Source: Megasphaera elsdenii DSM 20460
GTDB lineage: Bacteria > Bacillota > Negativicutes > Veillonellales > Megasphaeraceae
DNA: 32,000 nucleotides
Direction: 5' to 3'
NCBI RefSeq assembly: GCF_003010495.1
Contig: NZ_CP027570.1
Coordinates: forward strand, 1,950,001-1,982,000
Shown here: in pieces, positions 1 to 8,255 of the stretch
Layout: each line of letters opens with the position of its first letter
Numbering within the stretch: position 1 is the first letter of the stretch
Program-made: the position numbers and the translations under genes
The notes under the pieces: generated by a model
Told to the model about the DNA's origin: nothing
Seen by the model: the letters and a program-made list of their open reading frames with translations, nothing else
Database searches by the model: none

Positions 1-395
1 TGGGCCATCTGGCTTATCGGGGCTTACATTTTGAAACAGAACGTTATAACGAAGTCAACCATCAAGGTGTGGCAGTCATGAATTACACCGACCGGGAAAC
101 GCCATATACGCGGACTATCGAGCACAAGCATTTTGAATTTGGCAGACAGCCTGTGACGTATGTCACTAAGGAATATCCGGCCGAATGGCAGGCCGGCCAG
201 GAAGCGTATTATCCGGTCAACGATGAAGCCAACCAGGAACTGTACCGTAAATATGCAGCCTTGGCCCGCCATGAATACAACGTCATCTTCGGCGGCCGCC
301 TGGCAGAATACAAATATTACGACATGGACGACGTCATTGCCAGTGCCCTGGCTGCGGTAGAAAGGGAAGGATATCATGCAGAAACAAATTCGTAA
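1..395 (+). CDS. glf: UDP-galactopyranose mutase, C-terminal part (gene begins upstream of window)
   Basis: Frame 3 is open from the window edge (GHLAYRGLHFETERYNEVNHQG...) into the listed 69..395 ORF. C-terminal motifs TRTIEHKHF and FGGRLAEYKYYDMDDVI are characteristic of Glf. Confidence 0.8.
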   Translation, partial: GHLAYRGLHFETERYNEVNHQGVAVMNYTDRETPYTRTIEHKHFEFGRQPVTYVTKEYPAEWQAGQEAYYPVNDEANQELYRKYAALARHEYNVIFGGRLAEYKYYDMDDVIASALAAVEREGYHAETNS

Positions 396-1248
396 GGCCG
401 TCATCCCGGCGGCAGGCTATGGGACACGCTTTTTGCCGGTCACCAAGGCCATCCCCAAGGAAATGATCCCCATTGTCGATAAACCGGTCATCCAGTATAT
501 CGTCGAAGAAGCCCTGCAGAGCGGCATCGAAGAAATACTCATCATCACCGGCCATGGCAAGCGGGCCATTGAAGACCATTTCGACACCAATATCGATTTG
601 GAACTGCAATTGCGTCAGCAGGGGAAAGACCAGCTGCTGCACCTGGTTCAGGATATTTCGTCGATCAACGTCCACTACATCCGCCAAAAACACATGCGCG
701 GACTGGGCGACGCCATCCGCTGTGCCGAATCGTTCATCGATAATGAACCTTTTGCCGTCCTCCTGGGCGACGACGTCATCTATAATCCGGAGAAACCGGC
801 GCTGAAGCAGATGATGGAAGCTTTCAGCCGCTTAGGGGCGACCATGCTCGGCTGCCAGGAAGTGCCGCAGGAACTGGTGTCGCGCTACGGCATCGTCCAG
901 GGCCAGCCGACAGACGACGACCGCGTCGTCAAGCTCATCGATATGATTGAAAAACCGGCTGTCGACGAAGCACCGAGCCGCCTGGCTGCGCTAGGCCGTT
1001 ATATCTTGACGCCGGATATCTTTGAAATCCTGCGCCGTGTCCAGCCGGGGAAGGGCGGCGAAATCCAGCTTACTGATGCCCTGCGCCTCATGGCTGACCG
1101 GGAAGCGGTCTACGCCTATACCTTCAGCGGCCGCAGCTACGACACGGGCAATAAACTGGGCTTCCTCAAAGCTACTGTCGAATACGCCCTGCGCCGGGAA
1201 GACCTGGGAGACGCCTTCCGGGAATACCTGCGTACCAGCCTTCCCTGA
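376..1248 (+). CDS. galU: UTP--glucose-1-phosphate uridylyltransferase
   Basis: The N-terminus KAVIPAAGYGTRFLPVTKAIPKEMIPIVDKPVIQYIVEEA is the canonical GalU/GtaB nucleotidyltransferase signature. The 290-aa length is typical. Confidence 0.92.
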   Translation: MQKQIRKAVIPAAGYGTRFLPVTKAIPKEMIPIVDKPVIQYIVEEALQSGIEEILIITGHGKRAIEDHFDTNIDLELQLRQQGKDQLLHLVQDISSINVHYIRQKHMRGLGDAIRCAESFIDNEPFAVLLGDDVIYNPEKPALKQMMEAFSRLGATMLGCQEVPQELVSRYGIVQGQPTDDDRVVKLIDMIEKPAVDEAPSRLAALGRYILTPDIFEILRRVQPGKGGEIQLTDALRLMADREAVYAYTFSGRSYDTGNKLGFLKATVEYALRREDLGDAFREYLRTSLP

Positions 1249-1331
1249 TAGGGAGGTGGCCGTAAGGCCGGAGGGGTTGCCTTGAAAACCTCTCAGTCAG
1301 CTGCGCTGACAGCTCCCCTATCAGGGGAGCC
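1243..1331 (+). repeat. Type-A ~90-nt palindromic intergenic element, copy 1
   Basis: Terminal inverted repeats are CCTGATAGGGAG...CTCCCCTATCAGG, with internal nested inverted repeats (GAGGGGTT/AACCTCTC, GTCAGC/GCTGAC). It is near-identical to 1440..1530. Its left terminus contains the galU stop codon. Confidence 0.85.
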
Positions 1332-1439
1332 ACGGACCATGAGCCACGGCTGTCCGTTCTGGCAGCCGTCCTGCGCCTTCTGTTGGTCGGCACCTGACGG
1401 GCCAGAATGGCTTGGGATAACCCATGCGGATTATGCCTC

Positions 1440-1530
1440 CCCTAATAGGGGAGGTGGCCGTAAGGCCGGAGAGGTTGCCTTGAAAAACCTCTCAGTCAGC
1501 TGCGCTGACAGCTCCCCTATCAGGGGAGCC
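1440..1530 (+). repeat. Type-A ~90-nt palindromic intergenic element, copy 2
   Basis: Direct repeat of 1243..1331 with only a few substitutions or indels. It has the same nested inverted-repeat architecture. Confidence 0.85.
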
Positions 1531-1536
1531 ATGAGT

Positions 1537-1598
1537 GGGCCGCCTTCACAGGACGGCCCCTACGAACCACGAACCACTAGCCACTAGCCACGAGCCAC
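1537..1598 (+). repeat. Hairpin module (GGGCCGCC..GACGGCCCCTAC) followed by a 5-unit heptad array
   Basis: GGGCCGCCTTCACAGGACGGCCCCTAC is followed by GAACCAC GAACCAC TAGCCAC TAGCCAC GAGCCAC at exact 7-nt period. The array abuts or overlaps the tadA stop codon (1598-1600). Confidence 0.85.
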
Positions 1599-2053
1599 TA
1601 CTTCTTCCGTCTTTGGCGGAAGAAATCTTTCATCAGGGCCGCACATTCCTCGGCGCGGACGCCGGCTGTGACCTCGGTCCGGTGGTTGAGGCAGTCGTTG
1701 TCGACGAGGTGGAACAGGGACCGCACGGCACCTGCTTTGGGGTCGTCGCAGCCGTAGACGACCCGGTCCAGGCGGCTGTTGACGATGGCACCGGCACACA
1801 TGGGGCACGGTTCGACGGTCACATAAAGAGTACAGCCTGTCAGGCGCCAGCGGTTCAGGGCGCGGCAGGCTTTTTCAATGGCTAAGAGTTCGGCGTGGGC
1901 CGTAGCACAAGGCAGGCTTTCGCGCAGGTTATAGGCCCGGGCGACGACTTTCTTTTCATAGACAATGACGGCGCCGATGGGGATTTCCCCGACGGCATAG
2001 GCCGTCTTGGCTTCAGCCAGGGCTTTGCCCATATAAAATTCATCTTTGGTCAT
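1598..2053 (-). CDS. tadA: tRNA-specific adenosine(34) deaminase
   Basis: Contains the CDA zinc motifs HAELLAI and VTVEPCPMCAGAI. Length is 151 aa, and a GGAG-type RBS lies upstream on the minus strand. Confidence 0.92.
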   Translation of the reverse strand: MTKDEFYMGKALAEAKTAYAVGEIPIGAVIVYEKKVVARAYNLRESLPCATAHAELLAIEKACRALNRWRLTGCTLYVTVEPCPMCAGAIVNSRLDRVVYGCDDPKAGAVRSLFHLVDNDCLNHRTEVTAGVRAEECAALMKDFFRQRRKK

Positions 2054-2119
2054 GTTGAATCTCCTTGGTAAAAAAATTTACGTCTATCATAACACGAAAA
2101 CAGGGAAGGGGAAACTATT

Positions 2120-2782
2120 ATGGATGCCATTTGGTGGCAGATTTTCGACTTGTTGGGGACGACGGCCTTTGCCGTATCCGGCGTCTTTGCGGCCATTTCC
2201 CGGCGCATGGACCTGTTCGGCATCTTCGTCCTCAGTGCGGCGACAGCCGTCGGCGGCGGTATCATCCGCGATATCCTCATCGGCAATATCCCGCCGGCAG
2301 CCTTTAAGAACAGTATTTATCTATGGATCATCCTCGGCTCCATGGCCGTCATCACGATTATCGTCCGCTATTTCAATATCCGCATGTGGCGCCGCGTCGT
2401 CGGCAAGCTCTCCATCTGGTATCTCGTCTGCGACGCCATCGGTCTCGGTTCCTTTACGGTCACCGGGACCCTCCTGGGCTGTTTCTACTATCCCGACTAC
2501 TGGATCCTGGATATCACCCTCGGCGTCCTGACGGCCGTCGGCGGCGGCGTCATCCGCGACGTCCTGGCCGGCCGCATCCCCGGCGTCCTGCGCAAGGAGG
2601 TCTACGCGACGGCGTCCCTCCTGGGAAGTATTTTTCTCTACGGGGCGGTCATCCCCTTTGAAGTACCCCTGGAAGTCGGGGCTATCGTCAGCTTTTCCGT
2701 CACCGTCGCCATCCGCCTGGTCGCCATCCGCCTGCACCTCAATATCCCCAGGATCCGCCGCGTCCGCCATCGGAGGGCGTAG
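2120..2782 (+). CDS. UPF0126 / trimeric intracellular cation channel (TRIC) family membrane protein (YadS/YicG-like)
   Basis: Two internal repeats each carry a glycine-rich helix (AVGGGIIRDILIG and AVGGGVIRDVLAG). The protein is polytopic and hydrophobic. Confidence 0.75.
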   Translation: MDAIWWQIFDLLGTTAFAVSGVFAAISRRMDLFGIFVLSAATAVGGGIIRDILIGNIPPAAFKNSIYLWIILGSMAVITIIVRYFNIRMWRRVVGKLSIWYLVCDAIGLGSFTVTGTLLGCFYYPDYWILDITLGVLTAVGGGVIRDVLAGRIPGVLRKEVYATASLLGSIFLYGAVIPFEVPLEVGAIVSFSVTVAIRLVAIRLHLNIPRIRRVRHRRA

Positions 2783-2802
2783 GGCAGCCTGGGTAAGGCG
2801 AA

Positions 2803-2851
2803 CCGCCACTAGCCACTAGCCACTAGCAACTAGCTACGAACCACAGGCCAC
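2803..2851 (+). repeat. Heptad array, 7 units
   Basis: CCGCCAC TAGCCAC TAGCCAC TAGCAAC TAGCTAC GAACCAC AGGCCAC at 7-nt period. It lies between the TRIC-family gene and the DUF4127 gene. Confidence 0.85.
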
Positions 2852-2877
2852 GGCCTCTACAAATTTCCCCAGGCCCG

Positions 2878-2886
2878 TGATATAAT
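2878..2886 (+). promoter_or_regulatory. Putative extended -10 promoter (TGaTATAAT) for the DUF4127 gene
   Basis: TGATATAAT lies ~40 nt upstream of the GTG/ATG region at 2927. Only a weak -35 (TACAAA) is present at 17-nt spacing. Confidence 0.35.
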
Positions 2887-2926
2887 AAAGGGTACAATTT
2901 TTTTTCTTCATACTAGGAGTGATAAC

Positions 2927-4765
2927 GTGAATCTGTTACAGAAAGCAGTCAGCCTGGCCGTAGCGTCTTTCTTTTTATGTGCCTCGCCGGCTGCACTGGC
3001 AAAGACGATTTTATATGTACCCCAGGATGACCGGCCTGTCGATTATGAATATACGGTCAGTACGGCCGAAGCGGCCGGCTATGATGTCCTGACGCCGCCG
3101 GCCCAGTATTTGTCGGGCATGAATTTCCACGGTTCGCCGGATAAGCTCATGGCCTGGGTCGATGCCAATGCCGGCAAGGCCGACGCCATGGTCCTGTCCA
3201 TCGATTCCCTGGTCTATGGCGGCCTTGTCGATTCGCGCAAGCATAATCTGCCCATGGAAACGCTGACGGCGCGCCTGGAAAAGGTCGAAGCCCTGCATAA
3301 ATCGCACAAGAAGGTACCCATTTATGTCTTCAGTACGGTCATGCGCAGTCCCTGGGCTGGCGGCAAAGGCGTAGAACCGGACTATTACCTGACCATGGGG
3401 TCCGACATCTATCAGCTGGCGTCGCTCCAGGCCAAGATGGACGAAGAAGGCCTGAATCCGCAGGAACGGAACGACTGGTTCGCCATCATGCGCCGCGTAC
3501 CGATGGAATACCTGCAGGACTGGTATAACCGGCGCCGCAAGAACATGAGCATCAATTACCGCCTCATCGACGATGCCCGCAAAGGTGTCTTTACCTATTA
3601 CAGCCTGGGCCACGATGACAATTCCGTTAGCACCCAGTCGTCGCTGGAATCGAAGTACCTGGAAATGGCCGGTGACGGCATCCCCAAGACGGCTTTCGGC
3701 TCCTTCCCCGGTGCCGACCAGCTGGGCCTGCTGCTCATCACCCGGGCCAGCAACGATTTCAATAATTATCATCCCAAAATCACCGTCATCTATCCCTTGG
3801 GCGGCGGTGAAAAGACTGTGCCCCGCTACGACGGCCAGGCCATTGGCAAGACCATTGCGTCCCACGTCGAAGCCATCGGCGGCACTATGGTCGACAACGA
3901 ACGGCCGGACCTGTTGCTGGCTGTCAATACGCCGCTGACGACGTCGACGACGGAATCGGCCAACTTCGAGAACTTCCCGATCATGCTCCAGTCGACGCGG
4001 GATTTCCTGACGCAGATCGAAAAGGCCGTCAACCTCGGCATCCCCGTCAGCATCGTCGACATGGCCTTTTCCAACGGTTCCGACAACACCCTGGTCTACG
4101 GCCTCTATCAGGATCAGATGATGTACCGCCTGGCCGCCTATAACGGCTGGAATACGGCCAGCAACTCCGTTGGCTACGGTATCGCTCAGGGCGTCCTGTC
4201 CAAGTACATGACGGCCGATGCCCACCGCGACATGCTGACGACGCAGTACCTGGACAACTGGGCTTATCAGGCCAATGTCCGCGACTACATCTACCGCATG
4301 CAGCAGAAACTGGAAGCCGGCGTCGTCACCCAGTACTACCCGACGCTCAACGAAGAGCTCCAGAGCCGCACGAAGGAACAGCTCCAGCGCTATGCGTCGA
4401 CGTATCTCGGCATCGACCCCAAGACCGTCGATGTCACCCTGCCGTGGCAGCGCCTGTTCGAAGTCTACGTCGATGTCAAGCCGGCGCCGACAGTCCCCCT
4501 GGAAGCCGACGTGCGCCATGACATGAACAGCCGCGAACTCCAGTCCCTGGCCAATGAGGTTTCGGAAGCGCAGGCTAAGCTCGATGCGTCCCGGACGGTC
4601 AATGCCGACGGGACGGTCAGCCAGGCCGACCCGGCCGTCCAGGCCCAGCTCCAGGCAGCCAAAGCTGCCGCCCAGGCCCGGTATGAACAGGAAAAACAGG
4701 CCCAGGCCATCAATCACAGTGAAGAAAAAGCCCAGCAGAGCCGTACCTGGGCTGCACAGAAATAA
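2927..4765 (+). CDS. DUF4127 family protein with N-terminal signal peptide and Q/A-rich C-terminal coiled-coil-like tail
   Basis: ILYVPQDDRPV...DAMVLSIDSLVYGGLVDSRKH resembles the DUF4127 N-terminal signature (I..PLDERP.. / S.D.L.YGGL..SR.H), judged from memory. MNLLQKAVSLAVASFFLCASPAALA looks like a Sec signal. Confidence 0.6.
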   Translation: MNLLQKAVSLAVASFFLCASPAALAKTILYVPQDDRPVDYEYTVSTAEAAGYDVLTPPAQYLSGMNFHGSPDKLMAWVDANAGKADAMVLSIDSLVYGGLVDSRKHNLPMETLTARLEKVEALHKSHKKVPIYVFSTVMRSPWAGGKGVEPDYYLTMGSDIYQLASLQAKMDEEGLNPQERNDWFAIMRRVPMEYLQDWYNRRRKNMSINYRLIDDARKGVFTYYSLGHDDNSVSTQSSLESKYLEMAGDGIPKTAFGSFPGADQLGLLLITRASNDFNNYHPKITVIYPLGGGEKTVPRYDGQAIGKTIASHVEAIGGTMVDNERPDLLLAVNTPLTTSTTESANFENFPIMLQSTRDFLTQIEKAVNLGIPVSIVDMAFSNGSDNTLVYGLYQDQMMYRLAAYNGWNTASNSVGYGIAQGVLSKYMTADAHRDMLTTQYLDNWAYQANVRDYIYRMQQKLEAGVVTQYYPTLNEELQSRTKEQLQRYASTYLGIDPKTVDVTLPWQRLFEVYVDVKPAPTVPLEADVRHDMNSRELQSLANEVSEAQAKLDASRTVNADGTVSQADPAVQAQLQAAKAAAQARYEQEKQAQAINHSEEKAQQSRTWAAQK

Positions 4766-4773
4766 GAGAGCCT

Positions 4774-5832
4774 ATGGAACAACAGAAACAGACAACGACA
4801 CAACTTCATCAGGGACGACGCGTTCCCCGCAAAAAGAAAGGCCGCCGTATAGTTGCCGTCTTGGCCGGCCTCATCTGCCTCGGCGCCGCTGCCGTGGCTT
4901 ATGGCTATTTCGGCCCGAATTTCCTCCTGCCCTATAAGAGCGGCTACGTCCATGTCCGCAGCGACATGACGGCTTCCGAAGTCGGCGATATCCTGACCGA
5001 TAAGGGCTATATCGCCAGCCCCTTGTGGTTCCGCGCCGTAGCGACCGTTACCGGCCAGGCCGGGGATATCCATGCCGGCGAGTATACCCTCGATTCGCGC
5101 ATGAGCCTCCATGCCTTGCTGGACAAGCTGACCAGCGGCAAGTCCGAAGCGGACCGGCTGGTCGTCCCCGAAGGCTATACGGTCCGGGAAATTGCCAAAG
5201 CCGTCGCCGCCAACGGCCGCATCAGCGAAGCCGATTTCCTCAAGGCCGCTTCCTCGTCGGACCAGCTCCTGCCGTATATGAAGGGAAACCGCAAAGTGAC
5301 CTTCCCGACGGAAGGTTTCTTGTTCCCCGATACATATTTCATCCCTTATGATGCCACGGCAGACGACGTCATAGCCATGATGATCAAGAACTTCGACGAC
5401 CACTTGACGGACGCCATGAGAGCGGGCATTGCCAAGCAGAACTTGTCGATTTACCAGTTCGTCACCTTGGCTTCGCTCATCGAAAAGGAAGCGAAATACG
5501 AAAAGGACCGGCCCCTCATCGCGTCGGTCTTCGAGAACCGCCTGAAGATCCACATGAAGCTCCAGTCCGATGCCAGCATTTCCTATGCCATGGGGACCCA
5601 CAAGGCGGCATACAGCATCAATGAGACCCAGTACGATTCGCCGTACAATACGTACCGTTATGAAGGCCTGCCGCCGGGACCCATCGGCAATCCCGGCATG
5701 GATTGTATGGAAGCCATCCTGGAAGCGCCGCCGACGAAGTACCTCTATTTCGTCGCCGATAAGGACGGCCACAACTATTTTGCCGCTACTTATGAAGAAC
5801 ACATGAAGAACGTCCAGGAGCACATGCCATGA
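4774..5832 (+). CDS. mltG: Endolytic murein transglycosylase MltG (YceG/YrrL family)
   Basis: An N-terminal TM anchor is followed by a YceG domain with SPYNTYRYEGLPPGPIGNPG and YLYFVADKDGHNYFAATYEEH. Confidence 0.9.
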   Translation: MEQQKQTTTQLHQGRRVPRKKKGRRIVAVLAGLICLGAAAVAYGYFGPNFLLPYKSGYVHVRSDMTASEVGDILTDKGYIASPLWFRAVATVTGQAGDIHAGEYTLDSRMSLHALLDKLTSGKSEADRLVVPEGYTVREIAKAVAANGRISEADFLKAASSSDQLLPYMKGNRKVTFPTEGFLFPDTYFIPYDATADDVIAMMIKNFDDHLTDAMRAGIAKQNLSIYQFVTLASLIEKEAKYEKDRPLIASVFENRLKIHMKLQSDASISYAMGTHKAAYSINETQYDSPYNTYRYEGLPPGPIGNPGMDCMEAILEAPPTKYLYFVADKDGHNYFAATYEEHMKNVQEHMP

Positions 5833-6422
5833 TGGACGCCTTGTTTGAAGAAATGAAAGCCTGTGCCAGGGAACAGGACCTGCCCATCCTGCGCGACAGC
5901 GAACTTCCCTTGTTCACGGGCATCGTGGCGTCGTGCCGGCCGTCGCGGGTCCTGGAAATCGGCACCTGCATCGGCTATTCGGCCTTGCAGATGGCGCCGT
6001 TCCTGGCACCGGGCGGGACGATTACGACGATTGAACTTGACCGTGAGCGCTACGACCTGGCCTGCCGGTTCTTCCGGCGTTCGCCGTATGCTTCGGTCAT
6101 CACGGCTCTCCACGGCGACGGGACGGAACTGGCCGGGGCTTTGCCCGGTCCGTGGGACTTCGTCTTTCTCGACGGGCCGAAAGGGCAGTACGTGCGCCAG
6201 CTGCGGCAGCTCCTGCCCAAGCTCCTGCCCGGTGCCATCGTCGCAGCCGACAACATCGATTACCATGACATGTTTTACCTCGAAGGGCCTTTGCCGCATA
6301 AGCACCGCACGGCTGTAACCCGCCTGCGGGAGTTCATGGACCTCGTCGGCGACCGGTCCCGTTTCGAGACTGTATTTTTTGAAAATGGCGACGGCATGAC
6401 CGTTTCGCAATGGAAAGGATAA
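5829..6422 (+). CDS. trmR: SAM-dependent O-methyltransferase, YrrM/TrmR-like (tRNA 5-hydroxyuridine methyltransferase)
   Basis: VLEIGTCIGYSA (SAM motif I) and FVFLDGPKGQY match B. subtilis YrrM. The ATGATG overlap with the mltG stop reproduces yrrL-yrrM synteny. Confidence 0.7.
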   Translation: MMDALFEEMKACAREQDLPILRDSELPLFTGIVASCRPSRVLEIGTCIGYSALQMAPFLAPGGTITTIELDRERYDLACRFFRRSPYASVITALHGDGTELAGALPGPWDFVFLDGPKGQYVRQLRQLLPKLLPGAIVAADNIDYHDMFYLEGPLPHKHRTAVTRLREFMDLVGDRSRFETVFFENGDGMTVSQWKG

Positions 6423-6426
6423 GAGA

Positions 6427-7665
6427 ATGGGAAAAATGGAATTGCTGGCTCCGGCCGGCAGTATGGATAAAATGAAGATGGCCTTTTTATACGGTGCCGA
6501 TGCCGTCTACCTGGGAGGGAAGTCCTTCGGCCTGCGGGCTTTCAGCGACAACTTTTCCAATGAAGAACTGAAGGAAGCCGTCGACTACGCCCATGCCCGG
6601 GGCAAGCACATCCACGTGACGGTCAATATCTTCCCGCACAACGACGACCTCAAGGCCCTGCCGGATTACCTCGTGTACCTGCGCGACATTGGCGTCGACG
6701 CCATCCTCATCGCTGACCCGGGCATCTTCGCCATGGCCCGGCAGCTCGTGCCCGACCTGCCTGTCCACGTGTCGACCCAGGCCAATACGACCAACTGGGC
6801 GTCGACGAAATTCTGGCATGACAACGGCGCATCGCGCGTCGTCATGGCCCGCGAAGTGAGCCTCCGCGACGTCAAGGAAATCCACGCCAAAGTGCCCGAT
6901 GTCGAACTGGAAGGCTTCATCCACGGCGCCATGTGCATTTCCTATTCCGGCCGCTGCCTGCTGAGCAATTATTTCACCCACGGCGACCGCGACTCGAACC
7001 GCGGTGAATGTGTCCAGTGCTGCCGCTTCAAGTACAACGTCGTCGAAGAAAAGCGGCCAGGCCAGTATTTTCCTGTCGTCGAAGATGAACGGGGAACGTA
7101 TATCTTCAACTCCAAGGACCTCTGCCTCCTGCCGTATCTGCCGGACCTCTACGACGCAGGCCTTTCCAGCCTGAAAATCGAAGGGCGCATGAAGAGCATC
7201 CATTACGTCGCCACGGTGACCAAGGTCTATCGCCAGGCTTTCGATGCCTACGAAGCCGATCCGGAACACTTCACGGTCCGCCAGGAATGGCTCGACGAAC
7301 TGGAAAAGATTTCCCACCGGCCCTATACCCGGGGCTTCTCCGTTTCCCGGCCGACGGCGGCCGACCAGGTCTACAGCCAGTCGAGCAATACCCAGACCCA
7401 TGAATTTATCGGCCTGGTCAAGTCCTACGATGAAGAAAAGGGATTGGCCTGGGTGGAACAGCGGAACCACTTCAAGCTGGGCCAGACTGTCGAATTTCTC
7501 CAGCCCAAAGGCCAGCTGGTCCGCTATACTATCGACCGCATCGTCGACGAAGACGGGCAGGACCTCGACGCCGCCCGCCACGCCCAGCAGCTCGTCGGCC
7601 TGGCCGTACCGCAGCGGCTGGAACCGTATTCCATGATGCGCCGCCAGGTGAAGAGCCATGTTTGA
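6427..7665 (+). CDS. Peptidase U32 family protein, YrrO/TrhP-like (tRNA U34 hydroxylation factor)
   Basis: MELLAPAGS...AVYLGG...FGLR and a cysteine cluster (CISYSGRCLLSN...ECVQCCRF) are typical of U32. Its position after trmR matches B. subtilis yrrM-yrrN-yrrO. Confidence 0.8.
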   Translation: MGKMELLAPAGSMDKMKMAFLYGADAVYLGGKSFGLRAFSDNFSNEELKEAVDYAHARGKHIHVTVNIFPHNDDLKALPDYLVYLRDIGVDAILIADPGIFAMARQLVPDLPVHVSTQANTTNWASTKFWHDNGASRVVMAREVSLRDVKEIHAKVPDVELEGFIHGAMCISYSGRCLLSNYFTHGDRDSNRGECVQCCRFKYNVVEEKRPGQYFPVVEDERGTYIFNSKDLCLLPYLPDLYDAGLSSLKIEGRMKSIHYVATVTKVYRQAFDAYEADPEHFTVRQEWLDELEKISHRPYTRGFSVSRPTAADQVYSQSSNTQTHEFIGLVKSYDEEKGLAWVEQRNHFKLGQTVEFLQPKGQLVRYTIDRIVDEDGQDLDAARHAQQLVGLAVPQRLEPYSMMRRQVKSHV

Positions 7666-7900
7666 TGAAGACTGGGTCTACTTCCAGGCCCCTCCGGCAG
7701 AAATGACCTTCATCAACCGCATCATCGAAGGCTGTGACTACCTGGGCGTCGTCACGGCCCTGGATGGCAGGAAGGGACTGGGCTTTGTCAGGACGACAAA
7801 AGACACGGCAGGGGAGACAAAAGAGGTACTCCAATCCCTGCCCATCCCGGTCCGGATCCTGAGCCGCCAGGAAGCGCTCGCCGCAGCTGGACAACAGTAG
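7658..7900 (+). CDS. Small conserved hypothetical protein (DUF4911-like)
   Basis: This 80-aa ORF overlaps the U32 stop by 8 nt, suggesting translational coupling. The FINRIIEGCDYLGVVTALD motif recalls DUF4911, assigned from memory only. Confidence 0.45.
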   Translation: MFDEDWVYFQAPPAEMTFINRIIEGCDYLGVVTALDGRKGLGFVRTTKDTAGETKEVLQSLPIPVRILSRQEALAAAGQQ

Positions 7901-7940
7901 TGTATAAAATTTACAGAATTTATAGTTATACGATTTAGTG

Positions 7941-7973
7941 AAAAGCGCTGCCCTTGACGGCAGCGCTTTTTTT
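7941..7973 (+). terminator. Rho-independent terminator
   Basis: A 9-bp stem AGCGCTGCC / GGCAGCGCT with loop CTTGAC is followed by a run of 7 T. Confidence 0.85.
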
Positions 7974-8074
7974 GCTCTTCAAAACATTGTATTTTAAAAA
8001 ATAGCAGTCCTTGTTGTAACATGTAAAATAGTTGTTTTTACTATCCATTTTTTGGCGGTTAGCCCTTTAAATTC

Positions 8075-8107
8075 TTGACAGAATTGGTGTATAATTAATG
8101 ATATAAT
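8075..8107 (+). promoter_or_regulatory. Putative glycogen-operon promoter region
   Basis: TTGACA (8075-8080) is followed by two -10-like boxes, TATAAT at 8090-8095 (spacer too short) and TGaTATAAT at 8099-8107 (extended -10). The exact usage is unclear. Confidence 0.4.
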
Positions 8108-8255
8108 CATAAAATACTTTATAGCGTATATTATATGCGTATACGGTACGCTATTGAATCCAAGACCCGCCGTCTGACGATACGATGTCCATTATCATAC
8201 ATACTGAAACCATAAGCGAAGCGGCCGGGTCCCAGTCAAGTAAGGAGGAGCTTCT

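Noticed and set aside
2803-2851. Heptad arrays as classical slipped-strand phase-variation tracts
   Set aside because: The units are degenerate rather than perfect, which strongly reduces slippage. This is kept only as a minor alternative under the promoter-context finding.
3011-4717. 568-aa ORF on the minus strand, antisense to the DUF4127 gene
   Set aside because: It lies entirely inside a well-supported + strand gene. Its composition is R/G/D/V-rich and low-complexity, typical of shadow ORFs in G+C-rich coding DNA. It has no RBS and no recognisable motif.
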